A stretch of 64,000 nucleotides of DNA from Klebsormidium nitens (taxonomy: Eukaryota > Plantae > Klebsormidiophyceae): contig DF236979.1 of NCBI GenBank assembly GCA_000708835.1, forward strand, positions 62,001 through 126,000, written 5' to 3'. Numbering within the stretch: the first letter of the stretch is position 1; every line of letters starts with the position of its first letter. Shown here piece by piece: positions 47,201 to 59,600 of the stretch. The notes below the pieces were generated by a model. The model was given only the letters and a program-made list of their open reading frames with translations. It did no database searches and was not told the DNA's origin. The translations under genes and the position numbers were made by a program.

Positions 47201-50200
47201 GTCCTGCAACGAGAAGGAGCGTCGTGCTGAGATGCTCGAAGTCGTTAATTTGATTTGGAATGCGTGAACTGAGCTCCCACTTTGGTCAGGGGCCAGATCC
47301 GCTGCATATGCGCGCTTGACAGGGTTTTTGACCCGCACAGAGGACTTTATTGACGGATTCAAGCAATCAGCGTGGGTCCCTTTCGACTAAACCTCGCTCA
47401 AGAGAACCACACGGCTTTATTCTGCCTGCGAAGGGGCATATGCAGCCGAAACGCGGTGGTTTGCAAGAATACCCTCCGAACCCGTGAATAAGTAAACCCA
47501 GTGCTAGATCTAATTAAAACTTAGACGGCATCGCTGACCTCAACCCGTTGATGAAAATCTGTCCGTACACCTGTCGATCGGGTCAAATAGCCCCATAACA
47601 GACGGACGTACACAAAGCGAAAGCAAAACCTCTATCGGTAGCCTTCGAATACGATGCCGCGGTACTGTATGAAATCACCCATCATTTGCACCCAACTTCC
47701 GACGACTCACGCAGCAGTCAAGACGAGATCAAGCAAGCACGATGACAAACTCGTCGTTTTGAACATCATCGCAACTTTCTCGGATCACTGAAGCGCTCGG
47801 TGCAGAGAAATAGTGAGAGCCAACGAGTCTCTGTGACGTTTGTATACGCACCCGTCGTTCATAAGCGACTCCCCCTCAATGATGGTGCTCAGTTTCTTGC
47901 TGGCCCCCAGTTCCCTCAAAAGCGCCACCACGGCGACCGGGTCGGTTGCGCTCAGCAGACTGCCCAACGTTAGGGACAGGCTCCAACTCCACGAATAGGG
48001 GAACGCGTACTGCACCAGGATATATTGCGGACTTTTACTCAACAATCACAGAAAGGAAGCACGTTTGTGATAAGAATTGCGTTTTGTAACAACTCGTTGG
48101 GGGACAAAGACGGCGTGAGCTTGAATGCACCTAGAACTTGCGAACCATGGCAGAAATGGTTTTCGAGGCCGCTCTTTGACAACCCCCAAGAATCCATGCT
48201 CAGATTCGGCACAGAAGAACGTAGGAATAAGGAAAGAGGACCTTGTTGCTTTGGTGAGATTGACACTCAAATCATCAAGCGCAAGCACTTTATTCGAAGG
48301 TGATTTGATTAACAAGAACAGTAAGTGCTCGTAGACAAGTTACAATAGAGCTGGAGAAAAACTTTGAAATAGAGAGCTTCGGTTTATTATGCCCACCTTG
48401 AGCAAGGCTCCCAGAATGAAGGTGTTGATGAGGACTCCCGGTGCTGCTAGCAGGGCCATTTGCCAGATGCATTTCTGCACAAAAACAGAACCACGTGCTC
48501 AGGCAAGAGCTAAATTCAGCTGTTGAATGTTGTTGTCAAAGTCGGACACCATTGCTCTGAACAGATATCTCCCTAAGTTCACTATCAACGACTTTCCCAA
48601 CGCCTGACATGTAAACTTGCAAAACGCCAGGTAGCTGGGGCTCCTTTCCAGACGCCTCGCATCTAGACTTCCAAAACACGAGGTGGCTAGTGTTGAACAG
48701 ATTCCAGTCAAAACAGAGGTAGGTCATTCTTAGAAGTCCAAAGGGAAGTACAGTAGGCAATCTAAGTTCGCCATGTAAGCTGCAACCAAGATGAGCCGTT
48801 CCTCTAGCCAGCCCTTACTTTTCAAGAGGGGAAGAGCGATCAAAGTACTGTACGATGCTTCACCGAAACCATGTACGACGCATTCGAGAAATCTAGGAAG
48901 TATGTGGAGGCGCAGGAGTAGCGCCAAAAGCATAGAGATCAACCAAACACAGACCAGATCTGTTCAACTGCCCATGAGATCTTACCCTGACTTGGTGGAT
49001 CTCCAGGGACATAGAGCTCTCGAACAGCAGCGCCGGAAGGAATATAAACAGAATCAGGCTTGGCTCAATGTTGGCCCCTGTGCCAACAGAACAGTGTTAG
49101 CATTCGGGTCCTTATCCTGCTGCCAGTCGCTTAGAGTTTGTTTCTCTGAGTTCGTTAAGCTTGCCGAGAAGGCTGGCTGGTCCTCCAAACGTTTCGTAAA
49201 AGCTGTACTGAGTTATCATAGTTGATCCCGCTTCCTCACGGCTGGGTGGTTCTCCGACCATTGCAGCTTGAACAAATCGCTGAAAAGGGTTGAGCAATTA
49301 GCAAACCACTGTCAGATTCGAATGCAGTTCACCTGAATTCACCTCTATGTTGGGGGGCAAAAGGATAAGGCCAAGCGCAGAAGATTCACGCATCTGGATG
49401 CTTTCTACCCAAATTACCAAGTCCATCTTTATGTGGCAGGGGGAATGGATAAGGGCAAGCGCAGAATACTCACACATCTGGATGCTTTCTCCCAGAGTAC
49501 CAAGTCCATCATGTGCATTCTCATCTGCAAAAAGAGGGAAGACAAAGCAGTGAGCCCACAAACTCCTAACCAATGCTGGTTGGTCTATTTCAGGCCGACG
49601 GAGCGAATATTCCGCATCCTGACTTCGCCGAACACCAGACTAGATGAAATGTGGAATCTGGGAGCCCCTTGTCAACATTGTTGGGCGATGGACAGAAAAC
49701 ATATGCGGGCCGCTCTTGCCAGAGCCGTTATTGGGAATACAAGCAAACATTTTTGTTGCAAGCTATGCTTGTATTTGATTGTACGCATAAAATCCTCCGC
49801 GCTCTCTCTTATCCACAGTCCCATCTATCTTGCCCATGGTCCAAACAGTAGAGCTAGCAGAACGAGTTCGACATGAATCTTGTGAGCGGACTGGTGTTTA
49901 TGTCATCAGGTTGGGGCACCTCTAGTCCTTGAGCTGCATTGCATGCCAGCCGGTTGGAAAGCTCAAGCTTTTAGAATTTGGATCTACAATCGGCACACAA
50001 ATTTGGGGACTCCAGCATTCTGAAGATCTCGCTGGCCAGACCTGAACAACCACTTCACAATTGCGTTGTTTCCCGACTTGAGTTGACTGGGGAGGTCCAG
50101 CGCGGGAGGGCAGAGTCAAGAGCATTTAATGTTCAAGGGAGCTTCCAAAATAATGTAAGAGAAAACTGAGTGGGGAACGGAGACACCCACCAATGGTCCC

Positions 50201-50377
50201 GAGAATGATGCCAATGATGAGAAGGGCGACAGTGTACGGCACGGGCGTTCTGGCAAACACCTGCTTGCAGAGCGCGCCCAAGATCAGGGCCAACCCAAAA
50301 AAGAGGATCGCAACCTCCGGCTTAGGATACGCCTCTTCTTCTGTTAAGGACGAGGTGGCGGTGGTGTTCATTTCCAT
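35215..50377 (-). CDS. SOS1: Plasma-membrane Na+/H+ antiporter SOS1/NHX7 (~1151 aa)
   Basis: 23 phase-consistent exons: 50377-50191, 49524-49474, 49077-48986, 48474-48397, 48009-47852, 47203-47102, 46644-46527, 46286-46234, 45767-45657, 45239-45071, 44272-44207, 43852-43784, 43428-43321, 42740-42607, 41850-41741, 40916-40634, 39760-39589, 38615-38316, 37976-37821, 37383-37324, 36900-36799, 36358-36220, 35852-35215. Motifs FLPALLFESS, SATDPVAVVALL, GESLMNDG, WAGLRGAVAL, DEELGPAHW, cNMP-binding-like domain. Confidence 0.97.
40310..40690 (-). repeat. Three copies of the SOS1 exon-16 tail plus 5' splice site
   Basis: GGGATGCTC..TGGCGGC...GCACCATCAGGCCAG|GT recurs with exon-like ends at 40634 (used), 40485 and 40323. 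Confidence 0.85.
40861..41390 (-). repeat. Five tandem copies (101-120 bp) of the SOS1 exon-16 3' splice site plus exon head
   Basis: AACCGTGCAG|GCGTGCAAGCCGCGTACTGGGACCTTCTCGACCAGG recurs with AG at 40917, 41034, 41135 and 41255, and a mutated copy near 41373. Confidence 0.92.
44551..44589. repeat. 13-bp unit x3 (ATTAGCCTACCTG) in a SOS1 intron
   Basis: Direct reading. Confidence 0.9.
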
Positions 50378-50662
50378 CTTGTGCTCCTACAGAGCCCCCC
50401 CAGATATTCCAAATGAATTCCCCAACATGCGAGCGGAGTGAATGCAGACCCAACTAAAGACACTGAGGTCGAGCGAAGGGCGCAGAGCGGCAAGATTTAC
50501 ATTTGAGCAAGCTCGACAAGCTTTTAACCCTCCTCTCCAAAGTTAGGTACTGCGTGAGAGAGATGCTAAGGGAGTAACTTTAAGGGAGTTAGGGAGTGGT
50601 GAAGGGACGGTGAGGGAACCAATTTCCAAACATGCACCTTGAAGACTGGCCGCAGTGGGTGA

Positions 50663-50789
50663 AGAGTAATAAAGCTGGTCAAAAAGACCAGCTCGTCGGC
50701 CGTATAAAAATACAAGAAAACAGACGCAGATTGAACCCAACCTCAGCTATAAAATCACGGGCAAAACCGCCCTTTTAAAACTCACCGCG
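50663..50789 (+). repeat. Left (sub)terminal inverted repeat of the KDZ element
   Basis: AGAGTAATAAAGCTGGTCAAAAAGACCAGCTCGTCGGCCGTATAAAAA...CCCAACCTCAGCTATAAAA..CGGGCAAAACCGCCCTTTTAAA matches the reverse complement of 61391-61516. Internal hairpin GCTGGTC-AAAAA-GACCAGC. Confidence 0.9.
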
Positions 50790-50972
50790 ACCCTGCCGCG
50801 ACCGCGGCGCGGTCGGGCCCTGTCCACATGTACTCGATCAGGACAGTTGATGCTTGAGCAGAGACTTTTCCGAACGGAAATCGACTCTTCTTGGCCAGTT
50901 TGGCGCTTGCATTGTTGCAGAGAGCAGTGGGAGGGTGCATTGAATCAATCCAGCGGACTGCAAAGACAGCAT

Positions 50973-53900
50973 ATGGAAGAAGAGGCTGGAGAGGATGGGG
51001 CACACAATGAAGGAGGAAGTTCAGGCGGCCTTGAAGAGGAAGGCGGCTGGGATGACGATGGCCAAAGGAGGCCGCGGCGCTCAGCTTTCACTCAGTCTGG
51101 GGAACTCGATGATGATGAGATTGAGGAAGTCTTGGAGATGTTCAGCTTCGATGAGCTGAAGCACCGCAAGGCAGTCTATGTAGAGGCTGTGAAAAGGAAA
51201 GAGGCCACAGAAAGAGAGGGTGCTGGAAATGAGAGTGAAGCTGACGAGATGCAGAGGGCTCGGAGCCAGCGTGGCAGGCCAGGACGGGTTTTGTCCAGTG
51301 CTGAGAAGCGGAAGAGGTCGTTAGCAGCAGAGCAGCAGATTCTAAAGCTCTTCCAACGGATGACCAACAAATACGGCGTCACAGCATGGGTTTTTGGGTA
51401 TACAACCAGCATTGGGAAGCCGCGCATAGGGGCTGCGGAGAGTGTGCAGCCCTGGTGGGTCCTAGGGAAAGTGTATGAGGTGAATGCAATCAGAGCACAT
51501 GTTGCGGGCCGCGGGGACCTACAACAGGAGATCAACCGCTTGGAGGGGAGCGCACTAGATGAGCTGCTCCAAAAGCTCAACGGGCCGCAGCTCCACTCGC
51601 TGGCAGCGTTTTGGTTTCCAAAATGCAGTCCTTCTATCCGGAAGTTCCCCCTAAGCGGAGAGAAGGGCAGTCCTCCCTGGTGGCCAGCAGAATCACGCCC
51701 GTAAGGTCTCGTTAATGAAGAATGAACCCCTGCGGGAGGTGACGCTTGCAGCCCTTCAGAACATCTGCGTCTCAGGCCAGAGCTCAGCAGCCACAACGTC
51801 AAAGCTTGAGGAGGTTTTTACAACCTGCAAGGTGCTCCGCAGCGAGTCCGCGCGTGTCCGGGCCATTGTACATAGCGTCATCAACCGGTCGACTGCCCTA
51901 TGGCCACCTCAGCAGGATTCTGCCACCACGGGTAAGCCTAATAATTACTAAGCTGAACCACCAGAAAGTGCGCCTGGCTGATTGCAAGTGCAAGTTGCTG
52001 TTGCGTACAAGTTGATCTGGAAGGGTTTCAGCATGGCCATAGTCTCTCTGTGGTACGTCAGCAGATTGGCAAGAAGAAAGTTCTAAGTATATTTTAAATT
52101 CTACTTCCTCTTCTTCTTATGTTTCTTACATAAAAGGAAGTATTCAACCTCAGTTGTCTTCTTGTGGCAGGACTTTGCCTTCTGTCCTGATGCCTATCAG
52201 TATCTAGTGTGTGTTGGACTAGGTTCAGAGGATCTGGCGAGATCCATTCACAATATGGGACTTGTTACAGATTCTGCTGTTCGCGAATTGATCGGTTAAG
52301 TCATAAAATTCTGAGATTGTTGCATGGAGACATTGTACAGCTAGTGCACTGGAGAGATCGTTGGTGAGTCGGAGTGCAGCAAAGTGGAAACCTCGTCCAG
52401 TCTTTGCTTGAGCACAATTTGAAATGCATGACTTCATGGACTAGTAATGCATCTCGATGTTGCTCGCAGGCGCTGAAGAGGCGGGGTTAAGTGGACCAGA
52501 GGGGGGACAGGAGGGAGCCACCAACGCCGACCCTCATGAAGCTGTGGGCACCGAAGGTGAGGTGATCTACTTGGGCAGTCTGGTCTCAGCACGATGGTAA
52601 CGTCTTTCCCTTATCAAGGGCGTACACTAGTTTTACTTGGGTGGGTCCTCTGGTTTTTGTGGCTCGTTGACTTTGAAAGCTTTGGGCGCCACAGGCCTTA
52701 CCGATCAGCTGATAGTAACCAGGATCTGCGAGCTTAAGCCAGCGGGGAATCGCTGTACTGCCCTGCAAACCTCCAAGCTAATGCGCCGGCTTCAACATAA
52801 AGCTCGAGGCTTCGAATGTTCCTACTTGGGCAGCCATGATACGGTTGAAGCTCGAGGCTACATTCCTACTTGGGCAGCCACAATACGTTTGTGATCCTAA
52901 TGATCCTTCTCACATCCGCAGGTGTCCAGGGCCGTCGGAAGCGGCGACGACGGTGCGATATCACCGAGTACCCGTTCAAGTGCACGGCAGCTGGCTGTGA
53001 GGGGCATCGTGGGTTCGTTTCCGCTGGGGGATTGGCGAACCACCGCCGAGCCAATCACCCCGGTGCTTCTCGGGGTGCCACTGAGGGGACAACTGCTGGT
53101 GGCGGCTTGGGCGGAGCGGAGGATGCTGCGGCGTCTGCTGAAGGGGGACAGCCACCCGTAGAAGAAGGTGAGAGGTTTCTTTTGGCACGACAAATCTTGA
53201 CTTCGTTTGAACAGATTCACACAAAGTCAAAGGTTGTACTGTCGCCGATCAGTGTTTTGCGTCTCCCTCTCTTGGAACATATTGAAGGCTCACTTGCGGA
53301 CCTGTCGACCTTGTTGTCTCCCAACATGAGATATTCCCATGTGGCGAACGTCCAGATTTGAGTTTGCTTGGATGCAAGCGACTGAAAAGCAACCACAGGA
53401 GTTATCCTGAGTCTCTTTCTGTTGGTGCAACTCTTTCAACGACAACCGTTCTGTATACTCAAGCTGACTTTGTGACAACAACTTGACTTTCAACGTGGAG
53501 TGTCTGTGGGCTTCTTGCCCCCATGCTCGTGACTCTGCTTTCTTAGAAGAAACATGGCTTTGACGCGTTTCGCTTGACACGGCGTCGAACGTCTTCAAAG
53601 CCTGCAATACATTTTCACAGATCCTTGAACGGTATGATTAAGCTCGAAATTGTCATAAGCCAATTGCCGCATCATTCAGAATTTACCGACACCTCCCGGT
53701 TCGTACTTGGAGCGAGTTTCAAACGAGCGTGTTCAATTCCCGCAATTTTATTTCAACGAGACTTCCCACCGAGTCTCCATCAAGCGCTTGCACAAGTGCT
53801 CTGTTTTGTCCTCAGAAGCTCGACTTCGAGGCTCGAGCCGACCCTTCCCCATTTGTGAATCCTCAAGAGGTGTCAACCATTTGATCAGCTCCGGAAGTGT

Positions 53901-55562
53901 AGCTACCGTCCGCGCTGATTGAGCGCTTTTGTATGATCTAACCCTGAAACTATTCAAGTAAGACGGCTGTCAGCTTTCTAGGGTCACAGCATTCCCTTTC
54001 GTTCCGATTAAAAACATAAGGGCAAAAAGGTTCTAGTTTCGTCCATGTTCGTAACATACGGCGGTTCATTCAGGAACATCTCAGCCGTACGTACCGTTTT
54101 GTTGCTCTTTGCAATCCCCTCTAACAACTAGATGTGCGAATCTTTCTTCAGATCCACAAGCTCGACCATCCTTCGGAGAGGCGCGCAGCGACAATGAAGG
54201 TGGTCCAAGAACCGAGAGTGAGTGCGGCGTTTTCAGCATCGTACATTGAATGCCTATCCGTTTGAAATTAGAATTCTTCAGATCAGGGTGCGACAAAGAC
54301 TTGAATTCGACAATTGTTTTCCAGTTCGAGGTTTATTTCGGGGTAGGTGAGGTCGACCGGCAAATCGTAGTGGCTTCTCGTCCTTCTTGAACAACGAAGC
54401 GAGTCATGTGACGGGCTGGCTTTGCCGATGGACAGTGTCCAGTTCACAGAATCTGCGTCGAGTGGTCAAGCAGTAGGATAATGACCCTTTCGATTGGCAC
54501 GCTCTCAATCCCCAAACGTTCAACGGCCATTCACTTCTCAAGTTTGTCCAATCCGTCGTTCTTACCCCACCTTCTTATCTACTTCAAGTTTCAAAATCTG
54601 CATAATAACAGAGAAGGCAGCTAGACTTGTGAATTCTGTAGACGCATGTGTGCCACGTGTCACAAGTATGTTCGAGGTGGTGCGTGGAATTCCTCGGATC
54701 TTGGTAAAGGTATCAAACTTCCGCTCGTGCTAACTCAATCATTCCAGCCAATCCAGTTCTTTGATCCTTTTTGTTTTCTGTTGACGTACCTGGTTGGCTG
54801 CTCTTAAATGTTCAGTCCCTGGTTAGGAGCAATTATTCAGTCAGCGAAAGACCGAGTCCATTGGACGGTCGGCTCGGTGCTTATCTCACTCGCATGCCGT
54901 GGTAGGCTTTCTGTCTTGAAGGTACAGCCATGTTTTTGTTCCTTCAAGTAGTTAGGCAGACTTTGGGGTGCCGTATTCTTTTCTGACCACCTCATCCACC
55001 AAGTCAGAATTTGAGGTGCATGAGTCGCGTTGGACTGAACAATACATGTTGTCTGCTGCAGGTGCAGGTCACAATCAGCCCGCCAACGAAAGCGGCGGGG
55101 GCCGCGCGTCCCGGTCTGACGACCCCGCGACGGTCCACTTCGCGGCTACCGAAGGGGATCCTAGAAGAGCTAGTTCTCCGTCGGACCCCCCGCCGACGCT
55201 GTACAGACGGAGGAGGAAGGCTTCTTTCCCAACGTGGAAGACAGTGCGACGAACGGCGGGGACAAGGAAGGGGCCAAGAGAAGTTTGAAGAGATCCGGAG
55301 GAGGGTGAAAAGTGCTTCGAGCCCCTCGCTTGATGGGATGAAGGACAACCATGGCTACGTTTTTATAGCACATCAGACGGGTAATAGAAAAGGGGAGTTT
55401 ATGTGTGTCCACTACGCCCCTCATCGGATGCTAGATGCCATTGGTCAGAAGTGTGGCCTCAATCTTGCAGGCTTGAGCTTGGACGACAAAAGAGCTGCCG
55501 TAGACAATCTTTATTGGACGAGGTACTACGATGAACTGATTGACAATCGAAGAACCGAATGA
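50973..55562 (+). pseudogene. Transposon-borne EIN3/EIL-like DNA-binding protein fused to a C2H2 zinc finger; frameshifted
   Basis: Exons 50973-51931 (frameshift near 51702), 52470-52556, 52922-53167 (YPFKCTAAGCEGHRGFVSAGGLANHRRANH), 55062-55562 (further frameshifts). All junctions phase 1, GT-AG. ILK..M...WVFG...GKP..GA.E....WW and C.P..RKFPL..EKG.PPWWP match the EIN3 domain. Confidence 0.85.
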
Positions 55563-56631
55563 GGTACAATCTAAGCAATTGGGCGCACTGCTGGCAACAA
55601 TCTGAAGATAGATGAATGATGCTGGCGTCAAGGATACAAGTTTGGCATGCACGATTGAAGCATGTTGTACATAGACAACGAGTCACAGTTCATGATATAA
55701 CTTGCCGTACAATGGAACCGGTCTTCATTTCGGTTTTGGTCATGACTTGCATGGCACGCGGCGGCAACAGCAAGCGACTCCCTAAGTTGGTGTGAATAGA
55801 CCGGGATTCCCGAATGGGGCGACGGTGCGCGCGCACAGATGAATCTAGATTCAAGTTGCCTGCCGGATTTACATGCAGGGCGACGAATTCAATTGAATAC
55901 TATATTTCAAAGTACGCCTCAGATCAGCTACTACTACCGCAACGACAGTATAGCTAGCTTCATCATGTAATGAGACCGACGCGCGGGATGCGACCGTGGA
56001 TATATTGAATAGAAGTATATTGAATGGAAGTATGCCCAGTTTGAGCTCAGACCGATTTGGGCCGGACGAGCCTGTCCAAGGATTGCATGTCTCTAGGTCG
56101 GACTAATATCGAAGATGTGAGTATATTTTCAGTTGACATCATTGATCGACATGATTGCTTGCACACTTCTGAGCGGCAATATAAATCTTACGCGACTTCT
56201 AGGTAGCATCAAGCTCAACTTCGCGATTCTGTATGGTATGCACATGCGCGGCCGGACCGGAATATGTAATGTAATGAAGCTAGTATGGAATGTGTCATGC
56301 ATGTACATACTTCCTATTGGCAAGTCGGAACCAGCTTAAAATGGCTGACTGGCCCTGACCGCCTGGCAGTGACACTTGTGCAGCAACGTCATTCATGGCT
56401 GCCGATTAGTACAACCTAATTGCACCAAAATGTCACTGGGAGAATAACTACGGAGCATCCCCGGGTCAAGTCGGTTTAATGAATGGTCGAGCCTGCCTGC
56501 ATCATTCCAGAGTTTCGAGCAATATTTGGATTTGCAGGTTGCCATATCCGATGATCATATTGTCTCGAAGTTCGATGGGCACACGTACGGGCAATTGTCC
56601 AATGCGCCCACGCTTTGTGTTTTTTTCTGTG

Positions 56632-59600
56632 CTAGTTTCTAAGGTGTGGCAGTACAGGCAGGTCTCCGAGATCTATTTGCCTATTCAAGCAGTGCAGAAA
56701 GTATCGTCCGTAGTGTAAAAACGTGCCTTGTCCCATGAACGCCGCTTGCGCTTTCATGCAGACGAGCCTAGAATTCTTCTGTTCGGACAGCTGTGAATTC
56801 TTGTTGTGCAAGATTGAGTACCTAGCGATGCCGTAAGCCGGACTGCACTCCTTATGGTTCACTGTGTGCATCCAGTCGATGAGCCACTGCACGCTAGCTG
56901 CCCACGACGCTTCTCTGTTAAGAGCGTAAGTATGGAGATGGCATACGTTATCGTAAATAAACATTTTCAGCCGTCGCCACCGGCAGAACAGCACTTCGAA
57001 CACCACCCTCGGGGACTCCGCTGCCGAGAGGACGACAAACCCAACGCACTTGCTGCACCCCGTGCAGAAAAAGGGGTACATCCCCGGGGTCACGTTCTTA
57101 TGCTTGCCCTTGAACTTCGTGCACGTGGGCCCCACTTTCTGGCTGAAGTAGTCGGCGGCGTACCTCTGAAGAGGGCGCCAGATGGGCTGGTTCGGAAAGT
57201 AGTGGCCGGTCCGGAGAAATGCTTCCTCGTCGGACCAGTCTTTTGGTGTTCGCCCGCCTGCAAATGATGTTGCACAGAAGCGAATCAGGGAATTCGGAGC
57301 GCTCTTGTAGGGTCCGACAGGAGCCTCGCAACAAAGGAAGCCGAGAACCCAAATACCTTGAGACTTTCAGAATACTTTCAATAAACTTTTGAAAAGTTCC
57401 GCGACTGGGTCGATGAGGATACAGATTTGTGTTGACCGCAAGTTAACAAGTTGAGCGGTTGGATGATTTCGCGATAGACACAAGTAATTCGGAGCGCTCT
57501 TTACGTTTCGAACAAAAGCAAGAAGGCAACCGTCAGGGCTGTGGCTTCACGAGAGAGCTTTGCCGGCTGCTGGAAAAAGAAACGTCAATAACCTCAGACT
57601 TTAGGAAGCAAACTTGCCCCGGCAGCTTGGGGTCACGAATGAAAACTGACAACCGTTTGTCAATCAGCAGATACATTGACCTCGGGCGATGGATGAGGCT
57701 TCGAATAAACACCAAAGAGTGAGGAGAAAGAAAGGCAGAGACCGGTGTTGTCCAGTACATACCCCCTATCTCAGTAGTCTTGGTAAGAATGACATCGCCA
57801 TACAAGTGCGCAAAGTTTGGAAGGGACTTGATGAAGCGTATCAGGTGCCGCCATTAAACGACAGCCTTGACAGCAGAGATTGGAAGAGAACGGGTACCCG
57901 ACTGGTCCGATTGAATTCATATTGTCTTCTCAGTCTGACCCCGTTGCCATAGTCAGCTTAACAAGTCGAAGCATTTCTTCAAACGCGGGACCATCAATGA
58001 CCGTATCAAGCAGGAATGCTCACGGTAGTTAAAAAAAGGTGACTGCAAAAAGAAAATCACTCACCATTCGGATCGCCCGCAGCCGCATCGTTGTCCCGAA
58101 GCTTCTTCTTCTTCAGCTTTTCCACCTCTGCTAGTGGCTCCTCCACATAGGCTTGGCGCGCAACCCTAAGCAGGTCTCTTAACAGCTGGAGGCACTCATC
58201 CGTTAGACGGCCCCCGCTTACAGAATGCTGAGCTCGCACGAAGTCGAATAGAACGGGGGCCCGAGCAGCGAGTTGCCTGGCTTGCCCGAGGTCTGGAAAG
58301 AAGTGACTTTCGTTCTCGAGGAGATGCTCTACGATTGGCTCGACCTCCGCGGGCAGAATTGCGCAAACCGGGCTCTTCGTTGCAAGCCCAAAAAGCAACT
58401 CTCGGCACATGGGGGAGCTGTGGTATCTTCCGTTCTCCAGCTCGGGGGTTTTGAGGAGGAAGCGCAGGGACGAAAATGAGGCGGCGGCGACTGTTGTCTC
58501 CAGACCCCCCAGTTCTACTTCCGTTAGACCCGCCCCCGCTTTTCCGACTGGCCGAGCAAACTTGAGGAGAAGGTCTCGGCACACGTTGTCGTTCACGAAG
58601 ATCCGCTTTTGATGTAGGGAGCCCGTTTTGAGTGGCCCCTCGACAGCCTCGTACGGGGACACGAGGAAGCTGAGGTCCCCCCGGTACCCCAGCATGATGC
58701 CGTCCCCAATGACGCACTCGGGCTCAGGCGCCGCTCCAACGGGGTGCGGGCATGCGCACTTGAAAGACGTGTCGTAGTCGATGTCCTGGAGGGTTATGTA
58801 GTCCATCCAGGCGTCTTGGAACGTGGAGCGGAGGTTGACGAATCTTTGGAGAGTGGCGGGGGGCAGCCCGGAGCCGGCGTACATGGACAGCACCGCCTGC
58901 CACATCGTGTAGAAGGGGTACTTCGTCCGCCACATCTGGTTGCTGTACCTGCACGCCGATGAGCACGCAACTCAATCAGTCGGGTATGCAGTAAGTCGAC
59001 GTCATCGAGAACGGCAAGCCAAATCATAGATTTTCCCTCCTCTAGTTTCTCGGACGGCTCTCGATGCCCCCCTATAAATTCGAGAACGAAAAGACAACGG
59101 TTGTTCGAGCGTGATCACAATCTAAACCGAGGCGCACGATTCTCGCAAAAGCGGCCACATCGGAACCTGCAGAAGACTGGTCCGTGCATTCAACTCTGGC
59201 AACATTTGAGGCGAACCTCCTGTTGTACCGTCAACTTGGACGCACTCTCAGAACACTGGACCAAATCTTGTCCGTATAGTGATTGCACCTGATCCATTAC
59301 ATGCTATCTCAATATTGGAAACAGATAGAAGCTCAGATGGACGGCTCCTTCGTTGGAAGCCTCAAGGAACTAGTCACAGTGCGTTCTTGTTACCAGCCTT
59401 CAATGAAGCAGCAAACGAGGTGATGATCATCTGGTGAAGTCCTCAAAACAGAAGTAAGAAAGGTCGACTGACTGTTTTCTAAATCGGGTTCCAACAACTT
59501 GCAAGATACAACAGACTTTCACTAGTGGACGTCAGCTCGGGGCAAACCAACCTGTGTTCTCTACCCGTAAGAAACAGAGGACCGCAGATAAATCTTTGAA

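Noticed and set aside
53200-55000. ORFs within the long third intron of the EIN3-like gene as a third cargo gene
   Set aside because: Short, with no motifs; a degraded nested sequence cannot be excluded without a search.
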